Positions 14,188 through 26,848 of a DNA stretch of 64,000 bases are shown here, piece by piece. The stretch is from Mytilus trossulus (lineage: Eukaryota): contig NC_086373.1 of the NCBI RefSeq assembly GCF_036588685.1, positions 88,226,001 to 88,290,000 of the forward strand. The letters run 5' to 3'. The translations under genes and the position numbers were made by a program. The stretch's first letter is position 1. Each line of letters starts with the position of its first letter. The notes under the pieces are model-generated. The model was not told the origin of the DNA, searched no databases, and saw only the letters and a list, made by a program, of their open reading frames with translations.

Positions 14188-14345
14188 ATAGAGGTGGAAG
14201 TATCCAAAGGGATATTAAAAACTCATAGGTCGAGACAGATAAATAGAGGTGGAAGTATCCAAAGGTATATTAAAAACTCATAGGCCGAGACAAATAAATA
14301 GAGGTGGAAGTATCCACAGGGATATTAAAAACTCATAGGTCGAGA
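14188..14345. repeat. Minisatellite, 3 x ~55 bp
   Basis: atagaggtggaagtatccaaagggatattaaaaactcataggtcgaga repeated three times. Confidence 0.9.
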
Positions 14346-14967
14346 ACCAGCAGTTTATTACAATCTAAATAATGCTGCTGGTTGAATTATTTTAATCAAC
14401 AAAAAAAATTATTATGATACGCACTTTGACCTGATAATCGTCATATAAGATTATATTTGGTTTCAATGAGTGGTTAAGAGAATTTTTTAACAATCGGTAT
14501 TTCACCATATGCAACGAAGTTGTAAATGGAATAACATTTTTACAGTTATGGAAAGCTATAAATAAATTCATTCCGTGTTTTGGACGAAAATGAGAATGCA
14601 GATATATCATTATTGAGGTATCCTTGAAGCTCTTATCTATTTAAAAAAATTATCAATATAAAATCCAATGGCAGTTACATACATTAAACAAATTATAGAT
14701 ACACATATCATAATATAAGGGATAATAGCTAGACAAATGCAATAACCAGATAACAACACTGTGTGGAAATTTAAGTAGTTGTTGCCTTGAGATAGGAACT
14801 TTCTGTTTTGATTAATTTCTCAATTAAAATATGAAAACTACACCATATAAAAAATTATGTAATCGGAAAAAAATATGTCTGAAATCCCCAGTTCTTGTTG
14901 ATTGTGTTTTATATAATTAACACTACAGACATAAAGAAAATTGTAAATCTAACTTCAACTCTAGTAG

Positions 14968-15320
14968 CACAGGCACTTGTCTCAATTTCCCCCCCCCCTA
15001 TATACCTTAATATAACACAAGGTACTTAACCTATCATTACTACACGACTATCATTGTTGTCGGGATCATTAGTAGCAGGCCTCATAAGTTTGAGACGAAT
15101 GCATAAAAACATCCCGTTGACAATGATAGTCGTGTCATATACCATTGTGTAGATAAATCAATTTAGATTTACGGCATATTAAGTTTAAGTAGGTTTGACA
15201 ACCGAGAAATAAAAAAAATAACGGGAATTCGGGACTGGGTGTCATTTTTCAAAAAAATTAGTTAAGTACCTTGTGTTATATTAAGGTATATAGGGGAAAA
15301 AATTGAGACAAGTGCCTGTG
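14968..15320. mobile_element. MITE with perfect 8-bp target site duplication (hAT-like)
   Basis: ~60-bp TIRs cacaggcacttgtctcaattt...aaattgagacaagtgcctgtg. TSD tctagtag at 14960-14967 and 15321-15328. Confidence 0.9.
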
Positions 15321-16079
15321 TCTAGTAGTGGGGAACGGCGAGTACGATATAAATAATGGTGATAAAATAATGACTGGTATAGAACAGGTTGATAGTACGG
15401 AAAGTATGGAACACCATAAATACAAAGAGGTACACAGATAAATTATTAAATGAAAGTGCCACCATTTAACTCATAAAAGATACAAAGATTAAAGCATGCA
15501 CGCATGATGAGCGTTTTGTCTGCAAAAGACTTACCATTAACGCCCGAATCACAAAAGTTGAAAAGGCCCAAAATAAAGGTCGAAGTTGAAGAGTATTGAA
15601 GACTGAAAATTCAGAATGGTTTTGTAAAATACAGCTCAAGTAATCTATTCCGGGGGTAGAACATCCTTAGTTTTTAATGTAATTTGGTTTCGAAATTGTT
15701 AAAAGAAATGAACACGGTCTGTTATTCATTCACATGTACGCATTTTTCTCGAATAAAAAATTTCAATGATCATGCAGGGTATAAAAAAGAACCGTACATC
15801 TAAAATGTAACCAAGGTGCGAGAACATTTTATAAATTATGTTTCCTCAGTTAACCAATGATTATAACTGTTGGAATATTAGCATCTCCGTGAAATTAATT
15901 GAAAAGATTAGGGAAATTTAAAATTAAAACACTACTTTCAAAAAAAAAATAAAGAAAAAAAAATAAGACGTAATTTTTTTTTCAAAATGCTTTTTTATGA
16001 TCAATATATAGTTTGATATTAATATAGATCGTTTGTCATATAAATATCGATTATCAAATAGTTCTGTAAAAGACACACG

Positions 16080-18298
16080 TTATCTCCTGTATACAAAAAT
16101 GCGACTAAATATGACTGAAGATATTTCACAAATGGGAGATAAACAGCATGCTACACAAGTTCCCCAATATCTTTGAAAACAATTTAAGTATATTGTCCAC
16201 GACCGTAGTAATGGCGTGATAATCCATATGTGCTGAAAAGCAATAATAGCAAATTTTATTCCCCACACACAAGAGAGGCACATTCCACAAAACATGGTCA
16301 GGATGCGATATGTCAATCCTCTCCAACACAGAAAACATTCCGAGGAACTTTCCCATGTGCATTCTGCGCTGTGTGTTTCTTTTGGCTCTCCAAGAATGTC
16401 ATCAAAGCCAACCTTCAGATACAAAAGACATTTTAAATTTACCATACTTATTGCATTGTCTATATGAATTTATTTCATTCAAAGGTCAAGATAGATAATA
16501 ATACGGGGCGCCGAATGGGACTCAATTCTGTCATGACAAAATCATTTTTGTCTTACAAAACTATATGATACAGACTTGTTTTATGTGAACTTCAATTTTG
16601 TGATGACTAGATTCATTTTTGTAAACAAAATTCATTTTTGTCATGACAAATTAGTTTTTGTAGAAAAAAATCCTTTTTGTAGAATAAATCATTTTTGTCA
16701 TGACAAAAGTCATTTTTGTCTAAAAGGTATTCAAATAAAAACTTATTAGCATACAAAATTGACTTTTGTTATTTGGTATGGATTTTAAAACCCAAAAGTC
16801 AATTGTTTGAGACAAGATTCAACTTTGTGAGACAAAATCGACATTTGTGAGACAAAATTGACTTTTGTGAGAGAAAATTGACTTTTGTGAGACAAAATTG
16901 ACTTTTGTGAGAGAAAATTGACTTTTGTGAGAGAAAATTGACTTTTGTGAGACAAAATTGAAGACAAAAATCATTTTGTCAATTTTGTCTCACAAAAGTC
17001 AATTTTGTCTCACAAAAGTCAATTTTGTCTCAGAAAAGTCAATTTTTGTCATGACAAAATTTCTCACAAAAGTCAATTTTTGTTACGACAAAATTGACTT
17101 TTGTGAAGACAAAATTCAATTGTGTGAGACAAAATTCAATTTTGTGAGACAAACTTCAATTTTGTCTGCAAAAGTCAATTTTGTCTGCAAAAGTCAATTT
17201 TGTCTCAAAAAGTCAATTTTGTCTCACAAAAGTCAATTTTGTGAGACAAAATTGACAACATTGAATTTTGTCTCATAAAATTGACTTTTTTTCTCTCACA
17301 AAAGTCAATTTTGTCCGTACAAAATTGAATTTTGAGTACAAAACCACAAGAGTCCCGTTCGGCGCCCCGTAATTTTAATAGGGAAAAATGTTACTTTATT
17401 GGAAAAGTATTACTTTTGTGCACTGTTCGGGTATGAGTACTGAGAGCTTGCTGTATGGCGTGTTTATTTTTAAGTTTGGACATCATTTTTCACGATATGC
17501 TTTAGCCAATACCGAATCTCTCTAGTTTAATGATAACAGTGGATAATTAAATTTGATGTTTTTTTTCTGGTGATTCCTTTTTATAAACTAGATTGCAAAA
17601 TTCGCTTGTATATTTTCCGTTTACAAAACACTTTTCTATTTTAGAATGCATTTGTGGCACTTGATTTTTTTAAAAATATCTTTGTTATATCAAATGATGA
17701 GAAAAATCAATCCCAGGGTTTTGCTTGCACGAACAACACGCGTATCCCAATGAGACCAATATATGTTTGCTCTTCTGGGGGCACATAAGAAGGTTTGTTT
17801 CGTGCTGTCACTTTTCAGTTTTTTATGTTGTGTTCCGTTCACTGTTTAAGCCTTTTTTTCTTATCATTGCATTGTCTTTATATTTACGTCCTGTAAGTTT
17901 GAATCTCCATTTGGTTAATTTCAACTACCTTTTAATAAGTCAAAATGTTTTTCAAAACAGTTTCATTATAAAACATCAGTAATTTGTCTACCAACAAATA
18001 AGGATAAAAAGACAAAAACAGTTATGGACGGGGTTTCAAAAACAAGTCTGCACTTATGTTATTTTTTACATATACGTACATTTGTTTGGTACGTGATATA
18101 ATGTGTCCATTTAGACGAAAGAAAATGTACTGCACTTTATAGATGAACTTGACTTGTAGATATATTCTTCAAAAAAAAACATACTCAGCATCAGATATTT
18201 TAATAACTTACCAAAATATCAGAATTAAGTCCATATGGATCCCTATCTTTAAAATCTAACCTAGGTTTATCCTTAAATACAGACAACATCTTAGGCAT
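16080..18298 (-). CDS. CAV: Caveolin paralog 4 (divergent, 139 aa); exons 18298-18212 and 16412-16080
   Basis: Exon 1 MPKMLSVFKDKPRLDFKDRDPYGLNSDIL|gtaagt. aag|VGFDDILGEPKETHSAECTW...RIFVYRR*. The start could be the second Met. Confidence 0.9.
16502..17371. mobile_element. TIR element filled with inverted arrays of a 20-bp satellite (intron of caveolin 4)
   Basis: TIR tacggggcgccgaatgggactc / gagtcccgttcggcgccccgta. Internal (acttttgtgagacaaaattg)n switches orientation near 16970. Confidence 0.88.
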
Positions 18299-19023
18299 AA
18301 ACTTCTGACAATTTATGGAATGAAACATGAACTACAGAGTTTCAAAAATTCGATAAACCTAATGAATAATATAAACAAAGAAACTTAGATCAATCTAAAA
18401 AAAAATAATGTACAATATCGATTTCTTACAAAAATACTATATTTCTGTGAAATTAACAGACCAGTTGTGATTTACTGTCAACGTTTTGAGAAAAAAAAGG
18501 CATATAATAGGAGTACGATTAATAGAGAATAAAAAAAAAGCAAAATCATTGAATTCACTTCTGAAATTAATGTTTTAGATACCAGAACAACATATTACGA
18601 TAAATGCCCATTGAAGTAATTTTGTTACAGACTTAAAATTGAACAACAAATAAAAAGAGAATAAAGTGACTGTTGTGACTTTCATTTGTGTATTTATAAT
18701 TAATGGTATTTATATATATATAGTATTAGCAAGGGATTATTAAAATGCAATCTATAGCAGGAATTTCGCATAAAGAGGTAGGTATATTGTTGCTTCCTAC
18801 TCTAAAAGCTTTTTCATATGTTGTGTTTGGAGAATATTCTCTTTTACAGAGTAGCACATATCATTTCACATAAAGCAACGTTATCATCTGGCTTCTGTTC
18901 GATGTTCTATAGCAGCATTGAGATGTCAAATGGTTGGTCATTATGATGATAAGTCCTTTCAATGTCCCTTTTATTCTATTTGTATCTGTGTATCACTAAT
19001 GTAACACAAAAAAAAACGTGTCT

Positions 19024-20415
19024 ATAAAAGAGAGACGAAAGATACCAGAGGGTAAGTCAAACTCATAGATCGAAAATAAAATGACAAACAGACAAACAAT
19101 AGTGCACATGAGACAACATAGAAAACTAAAGAATAAGCAACACGAACCTTACCAAAAACTAGGGGTGATCGCAGGTGCTCCGGAACATGTGGCATCCGTC
19201 GTGTTGCTTATGTGATAACAAATCCGGTAAATAGTCTAATTAGGTAGGACTCATATAAGAGAGGGAGGGGACGCAAGGAACATATCCGATATCATTTGTG
19301 AAACGGTTATTCCAAAATAGTCAACCAACTCGTGATGGCGTCCATAAAATTCACGTAGGGATGATTTCAACTTCACCATTTTGGAACTCTTGGTTTAATA
19401 GCTTCCTTGTGAGCAGCAAATCATGATAGGAAATGCAAGCACGGGAATATCGCATCAATTGGTAAGTATATACCCCGTGTGCAGGTGTTGCTAGAATGTA
19501 GCTACTTAGAAATGGAAAGTTCACAATTGGAAAGCTGAAATCATCTCTTTTGTCGTAAAGTTTTGTTTTCAACCGACCCTCAATGTCAATTTCTAGGTGT
19601 AAGTCAAGATATGATTTTGAATTATTTGGTGAAAGAACGTCATCTGCATAGCGGAAAGTCGAGTTAAAGGATATTGCTAGTTTCTTATCTGTATTCCTAA
19701 GGAGTTCCTTTATGAAGTCAGCTCATAATTATAAATAAAAAGACAAGTCGAGACAAGAGGGGCACAATTGGTTCCCATTGGAATGCCGACAGTCTGTTGA
19801 AAAACACGTCCTCCGAACGAAACAAATATATTGTCAATCAAGAAATCAAGCATCTTGATCATGTCAGTTCAGAGAATTTTTGGTTTGAATCAGAGTGATC
19901 CTTTACAAAGTAGGAATTATCTCTCCCTAAGACAGGATACTTGTATCTACGTTGGCCATTGCTTTTTTTATGAAATAAAGCAATACCAACTCTTTCAATT
20001 TGTCTTTTAGGAACGTTTGGAACGTGGAATACGTGTATTAAGTGTAAAAAAGTCATATGTTTTAATATTATTACAACATGAAAGAGAGTTAGATTGTATG
20101 GACTCTAAAAGATCTTTGGAATTTTTAAGGATCCACATCTGATTCACGCCACCTCTCTAGATTATGCACTTTCACAGTAACTTTGAAGCCCGTCTTTGAT
20201 TTCTGATAAAATAGATGTTAATAATTAAGAAAGAGGTTTCGTGGAGCATTTGGAAGACCCAGCAATATACTGTTGATTGTAAGTACACTTATGCAGTTTA
20301 GGTATCCAATACAGTGATGGAAGATCCAGTTCTTCATCTTTGGTTGAAATTCCAAAGGAACATAGAACAGACCCTTTATTATCCAGGATTTCCTCTTTGG
20401 TCAGTGTCGTGAGGG
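19024..20415 (-). mobile_element. Degenerate Penelope-like RT, second and longer copy
   Basis: DLPSLYWIPKLHKC (PLE-type PKxHK motif), QQTVGIPMGTNCAP, TFRYADDVLS, KTKLYDKRDDFSFPIVNFPFLSS. Same family as 141-1068. Confidence 0.85.
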
Positions 20416-21609
20416 TACAATTGAGGTTCCAAGTGGATTGTCAACACATTATTCGTTTATCAAGCAGTTATATAATATATGTGCAATTCATGATTTGTCG
20501 GATTATCATTGTTTGGATACATTTTCCATACTTTGAAGTCTTGCATTGTCTACTATCTCTTGGTTAAAATTTCCACATGGTTCTCACTTGTTCTCTTAAC
20601 GTTAGCTTAGAAATACAAATCATAAAGATATTCTTAATGGTAGACAGATGTATTATTGACAAGTAACTTGAAAGGGGGAACATCTCGATAATGGTGTACA
20701 TGTAATAAGGAACACAACCTTCAAAACAGTGTTTTGTTATTGAGAGGAGTCGAACAGTTTGAAAACAATTAATAACAGATATTCTTTTATGTAATAGGCA
20801 AGAGGATGCTTAAAAGACTGATGCAATTTTATGGCAAACAAGCAAACTTCTCTGCGTAAAATGAAGTAGTGAATCGCCATAAAATGTGTCTTGCTAATCA
20901 AATTGCAAAGTTAAATTCGCCTTACATTTCTCTAAAAAAAAAGGTGAAAAAAGAAATAAAGGGGAAATATTTGAGTTTTTCAATTTTCAATTGAAAATAT
21001 GTCAAATACTAAACTAGAGTCCTAAAAAGTAAAATAACAAAAATTAATGTCATTTTGGTCTCCGGTGAAGAGTTATCTCATTGGCAATCAAAACATGTCT
21101 TCTCTTTTTTATAATAACTTCTCGATTCAATTTTATTATTAGTGCTTTTTGTCACTGGATCAACATGTTTATCAAAGTCGACACGGAGATCCTACAACTA
21201 AAGATAAATACATGATGATTGAAGTTGCTCTTCGAACGAACTGAAGGTAAGAGTACTCCCAAACAACTAGAGAATTTAGTGCAATAGTTACTTTGTGCAA
21301 TTATTGTTTCTTTCTCTTGTTCCTTTAAACAACTACTGTAAAGCTTAGATTAAACACTATGACACTCAACAACAATTAAAAAAAAAAAACAATAAATCAA
21401 GCAATCATTATCATAATAAAGGCAACCATCAGGTCTGGCAAAAAAGTTACTGATTTGTTTTTATAATATACTTGTAAGTTTATCAAGCTTGTTGTTTGGT
21501 AATTTATTTAAAATTATACAAGTGTGGACACAGATGAGTGTGGATAGTATGTTTGGATGTTGGACATTGTCTTATGACAAAAGGAGTTCTATGTTTTTCC
21601 TTTATGGTG

Positions 21610-22045
21610 TTATTTTTTTGTCTATCTGATGAGTTAAGCCTTTTTTAACTGATTTTTTATAGTTCGTTCTTATGTTGTACTGTTATACCACTGTCCCAGG
21701 TTAGGGGGAGGCTTGGGATCCCACTAACATGTTTAACCCGGCCACATTATTTTTGTATGTGCCTGTCCCAAGTCAGGAGCCTGTAATTCAGTGGTTGTCC
21801 TTTGTTTATGTGTTACATATTTGTTTTTCGATCATTTTTTTACATAAATGAGGCCATTAGTTTTCTCACTTGAATTGTTTTACATTGTCTTATCGGGGCC
21901 TATTATAGCTGACTATATATGCGGTATGGGCTTTGCTCATTGTTGAAGGCCGTACGGTGACCTATAATTGTTAATGTTTGTGTCATTTTGGTCTTTTGTG
22001 GATAGTTGTCTCATTGGCAATCATACCACATCTTCTTTTTTATAT
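21610..22045. repeat. Abundant interspersed (SINE-like) repeat family
   Basis: Shared end gttgtctcattggcaatcataccacatcttc. Other copies at ~22300-22565, 24115-24445, 46945-47200, 54600-54800, 57320-57460 and 61395-61705. Confidence 0.75.
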
Positions 22046-23844
22046 TATTAATTGTGTTGCACGGTGACAACCAACCTGAGCATTAGAACTGTTATTTATT
22101 TAATATTTTTTTTTATGTTCAAGACAGACATGGAGGAGACAGTAATAACACTAGTTACTGAATGATTATGATAGAATATGTTCTAAATCTTTGATTTTGG
22201 ATACATTTTGTATCTAGGAGAGCAACACATAATAGATTAATTTTTTCACGCGTTTTTTTTCTATATGGGAGATGATATCTAGATTTGAGAACATGATATA
22301 AGGAGCCTGTAACTCGGTGATTGTCGTTTATTTATGTGTTACATTAAGTTTGTTTTTAATTTTTTTTTTAACATAAATAAGGCCATTAGTTTTCTCGTTT
22401 GAATTGATTGATATTGTCATTTCGGTGCCTTTTATAGCTGATTATGCGGTATTGGCTTTGCTTATTGTTTATGTCTGTACAGTGACCTATAGTTGTTAAC
22501 TTCTGTGTCATTTGGTCTCTTGTGGAGAACTGTCTCATTGGAAAGCATACCACATCTTTTTTTATATGTATTTGCTTACTATTGGTATGGTTCACTAGAT
22601 TTATTTAAAAAAAACTTAAGTTAACACTAAATAATTCTTCAATGTTTCCATTTGTAAAAGGGCATAACCCTAGAATGATAATCAAAGTGCTTGTAATCAC
22701 TGAATGGTTATTAAAGACTGCTTTAATTTATCAGTTGGTAGTGAATTTTGCATTGTATAAAGCATTTATTTAAGTTGATTAAACTACTATTCTGGACAGA
22801 GAAAGACAACTCTAATTTTCAAAGAAGATTTCATAAAGCATTGGTTTTAGGTAATTCAACAACCATTCTGGACAATTTATGGTCTCGACTCTACAAACAT
22901 GCTTGTTTTTGGCCCTCAATTCCTCGACTGTTTGCCCCAATAACCCTTAAAATATACCCCAACCTTCTACTTATGGTATTAAACATTATGGTACAATTTC
23001 AGAGCAATTGAAATACTTATACACAACTTTTTGTACTGACACTAAATTAATGCTTGTTTTGGGCACCTTTGGAACCTAAACCTTATGGACTATAACCCCC
23101 AAAATCAATCCCAAGCTTCCTTTTGTGGTTATAAACATTGTGTTATAATTTTATTTATTTCTTTTTGCTTATAATTATAGTTAAGTTATTATATGGAAAC
23201 CATCTGTTTTCGGACGACGACGACAGGATACCTATTTAGGACCGCAAAAATTTCTGTGGTTGTATAAAAATTTCAAGCATGAACAATGAAATATAGTTTA
23301 AGAAATCGATAAGCCTAGATAGAACTTATCGTTTTTTTAACATAATTGAAAATTAAAATGGAATGCTTTTATCTCCCTAATACTTACATTGTACATAAGA
23401 GGTGATACTACTTTGACAAATCCTTGTACATGAGAGTTGTCTGTCAAATCTTTATTTACAAAGAAAGAATTGCATAACAATGAACTGAGCTCAAAGCAAA
23501 GTAATTTAATAATACACTTAGACAAAGAGCTAAATCCAGTGATATACTTTGTACTACAGGTCCTTCGTGAACATCCATCGACCAAAACCATAACCACATA
23601 CTACATGGTTGGATTCAGAAGTCCTGAAAAAGACATGATTTTTTTATTGTATTTTAAGTATATATATGCACAGGTTAAAACTTTCTTGTGGTATGATCAT
23701 TCAGTATCTAGCAACTATCAATTTGCTTCATGCACATATTGATATAGGTTTAGTGTCCTTCTGTTGGAAATAAGAACACACACACCTCCATCTAGTTTTA
23801 GTCAACTGACAAAATATTCATAACTATAAAATGTTATCTAAGAC

Positions 23845-23958
23845 CATAGGTGGATCCAGCCCCCCCTTTTTATTGGAAAAATTTGGTTGATTATATAGGG
23901 AATCACTCACTGAAGCATGACTGCCCCCCCCCCCTGAAAAGTTCTGGATCCACCATTG
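23845..23958. mobile_element. Small MITE-like element
   Basis: Inverted ends ggtggatccag / ctggatccacc, with aagac on both flanks. Confidence 0.5.
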
Positions 23959-24559
23959 AAGACTTGTCAGTGTCTATTTATCATTGCCACTAAATCAGTG
24001 ATATATGTACACATAAATATATGTAATTATATACATGCAAGACTAAAATTATAAAGTACATATATAAGACTAAAACTGGCATTCAGCATTTACTACATCT
24101 TCATTCCCAAATATAAAAAAAGATGTGGTATGATTGCCAATGAGACAACTATCCACAAAAGACCTAAATGACACAAACATTAACAATTATAGGTCACCCT
24201 ACGGCCTTCAACAATGAGCAAAACCCATACTGCATATATAGTCAGCTATAAAAGGCCCCGATAAGACAATGTAAAACAATTCAAGCTAGAAAACGGCCTT
24301 ATATATGTAAAAAAAATGAACGAAAAACAAATATGTAACACATAAACAAACAACAACCACTGAATTGCAGGCTCCTGACTTGGGACAGGCACATACATAA
24401 ATAATGTGGTGGGGTTAAACATTTTACCGGGATCCCAACCCTCCCAAAAATTGCTATTTCACAATATTGTGCAATTAGATATTTCTTGCCATTGCGCAAT
24501 ACTGTGCAATTGAAAAGACTTGCTATTGCACAACACTTAATATAATAGTTTTAGATCCT

Positions 24560-25670
24560 GATTTGGACCAACTTGAAAACTGGGCCCATAATCAAAAATC
24601 TAAGTACATGTTTAGATTCAGCATATCAAAGAGGCCCAATAATTCAATTTTTGTTAAAATCAAACTTAGTTTAATATTGGACCCTTTGGACTTTAATGTA
24701 GACCAATTTGAAAACAGGACCAAAAATGAAGAATCTACATACAGTTAGATTTGGCATATCAAAGAACCCCATTTATTCAATTTTTGATGAAATCAAACAA
24801 AGTTTAATTATGGACCCCGATTTGGACCAACTTGAAAACTGGGCCAATAATCAAGAATCTAAGTACATTTTTAGATTCAACATATCAAAGAACCCAACCG
24901 ATTCATTTTTTGTCAAAATCAAACTAAGTTTAATTTTGGACCCTTTGGACCTTAATGTAGACCAATTTGAAAACGGGACCAAAAGTTAAGAATCTACATA
25001 CACAGTTAGATTCTGCATATCAAAGAACCCCAAGTATTCAATTTTGATGAAATCAAACAAAGTTTTATTTTGGACCCTTTGGGCCCCTTATTCCTAAACT
25101 GTTGGGACCAAAACTCCCAAAAACAATACCAACCTTCCTTTTATGGTCATAAACCTTGTGTTTAAATTTCATAGATTTCTATTTACTTATACTAACGTTA
25201 TGGTGCGAAAACCAAGATAAATGCATATTTGGGTCCCTTTTTGGCCCCTAATTTCTAAACTGTTGGGACCTAAACTCCCAAAATCAATACCAACCTTCCT
25301 TTTGTGGTCATAAACATTGTGTTTAAATTTCATTGATTTCTATTTACTTAAACTAAAGTTATTGTGCGAAAACCAAGAATAATGCTTATTTGGGCCCTTT
25401 TTTGGCCCCTAATTCCTACACTGTTGAAACCAAAACTTCCAAAATCATTCCCAACCTTTCTTTTGTGGTCATAAACCTTGTGTCAAAATTTCATAGATTT
25501 CTATTGACTTAAACTAAAGTTATAGTGCGAAAATCAAGAAAATGCTTATTTGGGCCCTTTCTGGCCCCTAATTCCTAAAATGTTGGGACCAAAACTCCCA
25601 TAATCAATACCAACCTTCCTTTTATGGTCATAAACCTTGTGTTAAAATTTCATAGATTTCTATGCACTTT
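24560..25670. repeat. Composite satellite: ~130/260-bp units then about 4 x ~160-bp units
   Basis: atttggaccaacttgaaaactgggcc at 24561 and 24820. ttcctaaactgttgggacc-like starts at ~25091, 25252, 25413 and 25572. Confidence 0.85.
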
Positions 25671-25857
25671 TTTTAAAAATTATATAAATGTTTATTTGTT
25701 TTATTCAACTATAACATATTTGTATGAATTTCTTCAATTGAATGCATAAATGGCAGGTGTTTGGTCTAGCCTAAGAATTTAATCAATTAAAAAGTAGCAA
25801 ATGCATTGCATCTGCTTTTATTTATAATACAAGATTTAATGGCCGTTATCATACATA

Positions 25858-26190
25858 TTATTTGTTATGAACTGTTATTTTGCTGAAGAACAATCCACAT
25901 GTCTCACAGAATGGCGCAATGCAACAGTGCATTATGATTCCAATAAATTTCTGGCATGCCCCAGCAAAGATTGCAAAGCATCTCATATATGGTGTCCAGC
26001 ACCATACGTGCTCAAAGGTTAAGCACGCAAAGGTACATCCCCAATATAGAGCAATACACAATCCACATAGCAAGGTGAGTAACTTGTAGCAGCAGCCTAG
26101 TCGAAATTGGTAACAATTTTATGATAATGCCCATACACCGTCTATACTATGGACACCCTCCGGCTCTCCTAAAACGTCCTCAAAATTAAC
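25858..26190 (-). pseudogene. CAV: Caveolin paralog 5: orphan exon 2 with in-frame stop
   Basis: ag|VNFEDVLGEPEGVHSIDGVWALS*NCYQFRLGCCYKLLTLLCG...ITVHNK*. TAA at 26119-26121 where paralog 6 has TAC (Tyr); the frame is otherwise intact. No RDP-containing exon 1 found by eye between 26200 and 33300. Confidence 0.85.
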
Positions 26191-26256
26191 CTTAAAATAC
26201 AAAGTACATGTTTTAATGTAGTGGTAAATCAATTTTAAATTTTTATTGAGAAGAAG

Positions 26257-26848
26257 AAAGGAGTAGGTCCGGTAAGGACCAATTTTGGCCTCAAATGTCA
26301 AGTTCAACTGGCGAAAGATTTTGACCACTTTTTAAACACTTAAGTGTCTACTTCAATTGAATCAATTAGTTTATGTAAAAAAATTTAACTGATTTAGTCT
26401 TTAAAAACGATCCGATTCAAGCTCAAATGTGAAAAATCTACCAAATATGCCGAAAAATGTCAATTTTCAGATGGTTTTTGTCAAAAATGAAAGTGGCCGC
26501 ATGAGTGTTCATCCTCAACCTTTATATATGTTATGTATTATTATCATAAAATACAACTTACATTTCAATATTAAGGATGAACACGAATGCGGTCATTTTC
26601 GTTTTACACGAAAATCGTCCAAAATTTAACTAAAATGCTAGAATTGTGAAGATTTCAGTAATTTAGCATGACTTTATGGTGCTATTACCCGCCATATGTG
26701 CATAGTATTGTCAAAAACAGCCCATATTTATGTAGCAGAAGCATTCTGCTGTCCAATGAATAACTTGATAACATGATAACATGTTTACAATTTTGTAAAA
26801 CTGCTATATTTTGGGGCCAAAAAGGGGTCTTACTGGACCTACTCCTTT
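26257..26848. mobile_element. MITE just upstream of the orphan caveolin exon
   Basis: TIR aaaggagtaggtccggtaag / cttactggacctactccttt. Confidence 0.8.

Noticed and set aside
14188-14345. CRISPR-like regular repeats (also 16800-17340)
   Set aside because: The units are contiguous with no unique spacers, there are no cas genes, and the context is eukaryotic with spliceosomal introns.
16413-16445. ORF-track N-termini upstream of the FEDV-type motifs (e.g. MVNLKCLLYLK, MYLLCFIFIETLISFYLQ)
   Set aside because: They are intron sequence ahead of the AG acceptor; the true N-termini come from the RDP-containing first exons.
16785-17278. Repetitive protein ORFs (SILSHKSQF repeats), also 24563 and 24708
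   Set aside because: Translations of satellite DNA.
25880-26089. Conserved-looking plus-strand ORF pair 25880 and 33328 (also 16230, 54874, 62099)
   Set aside because: These are antisense shadows of caveolin exons.
26119-26121. Selenocysteine or readthrough in a Cys-rich caveolin
   Set aside because: The stop is TAA, not TGA, and aligns to Tyr in paralog 6.
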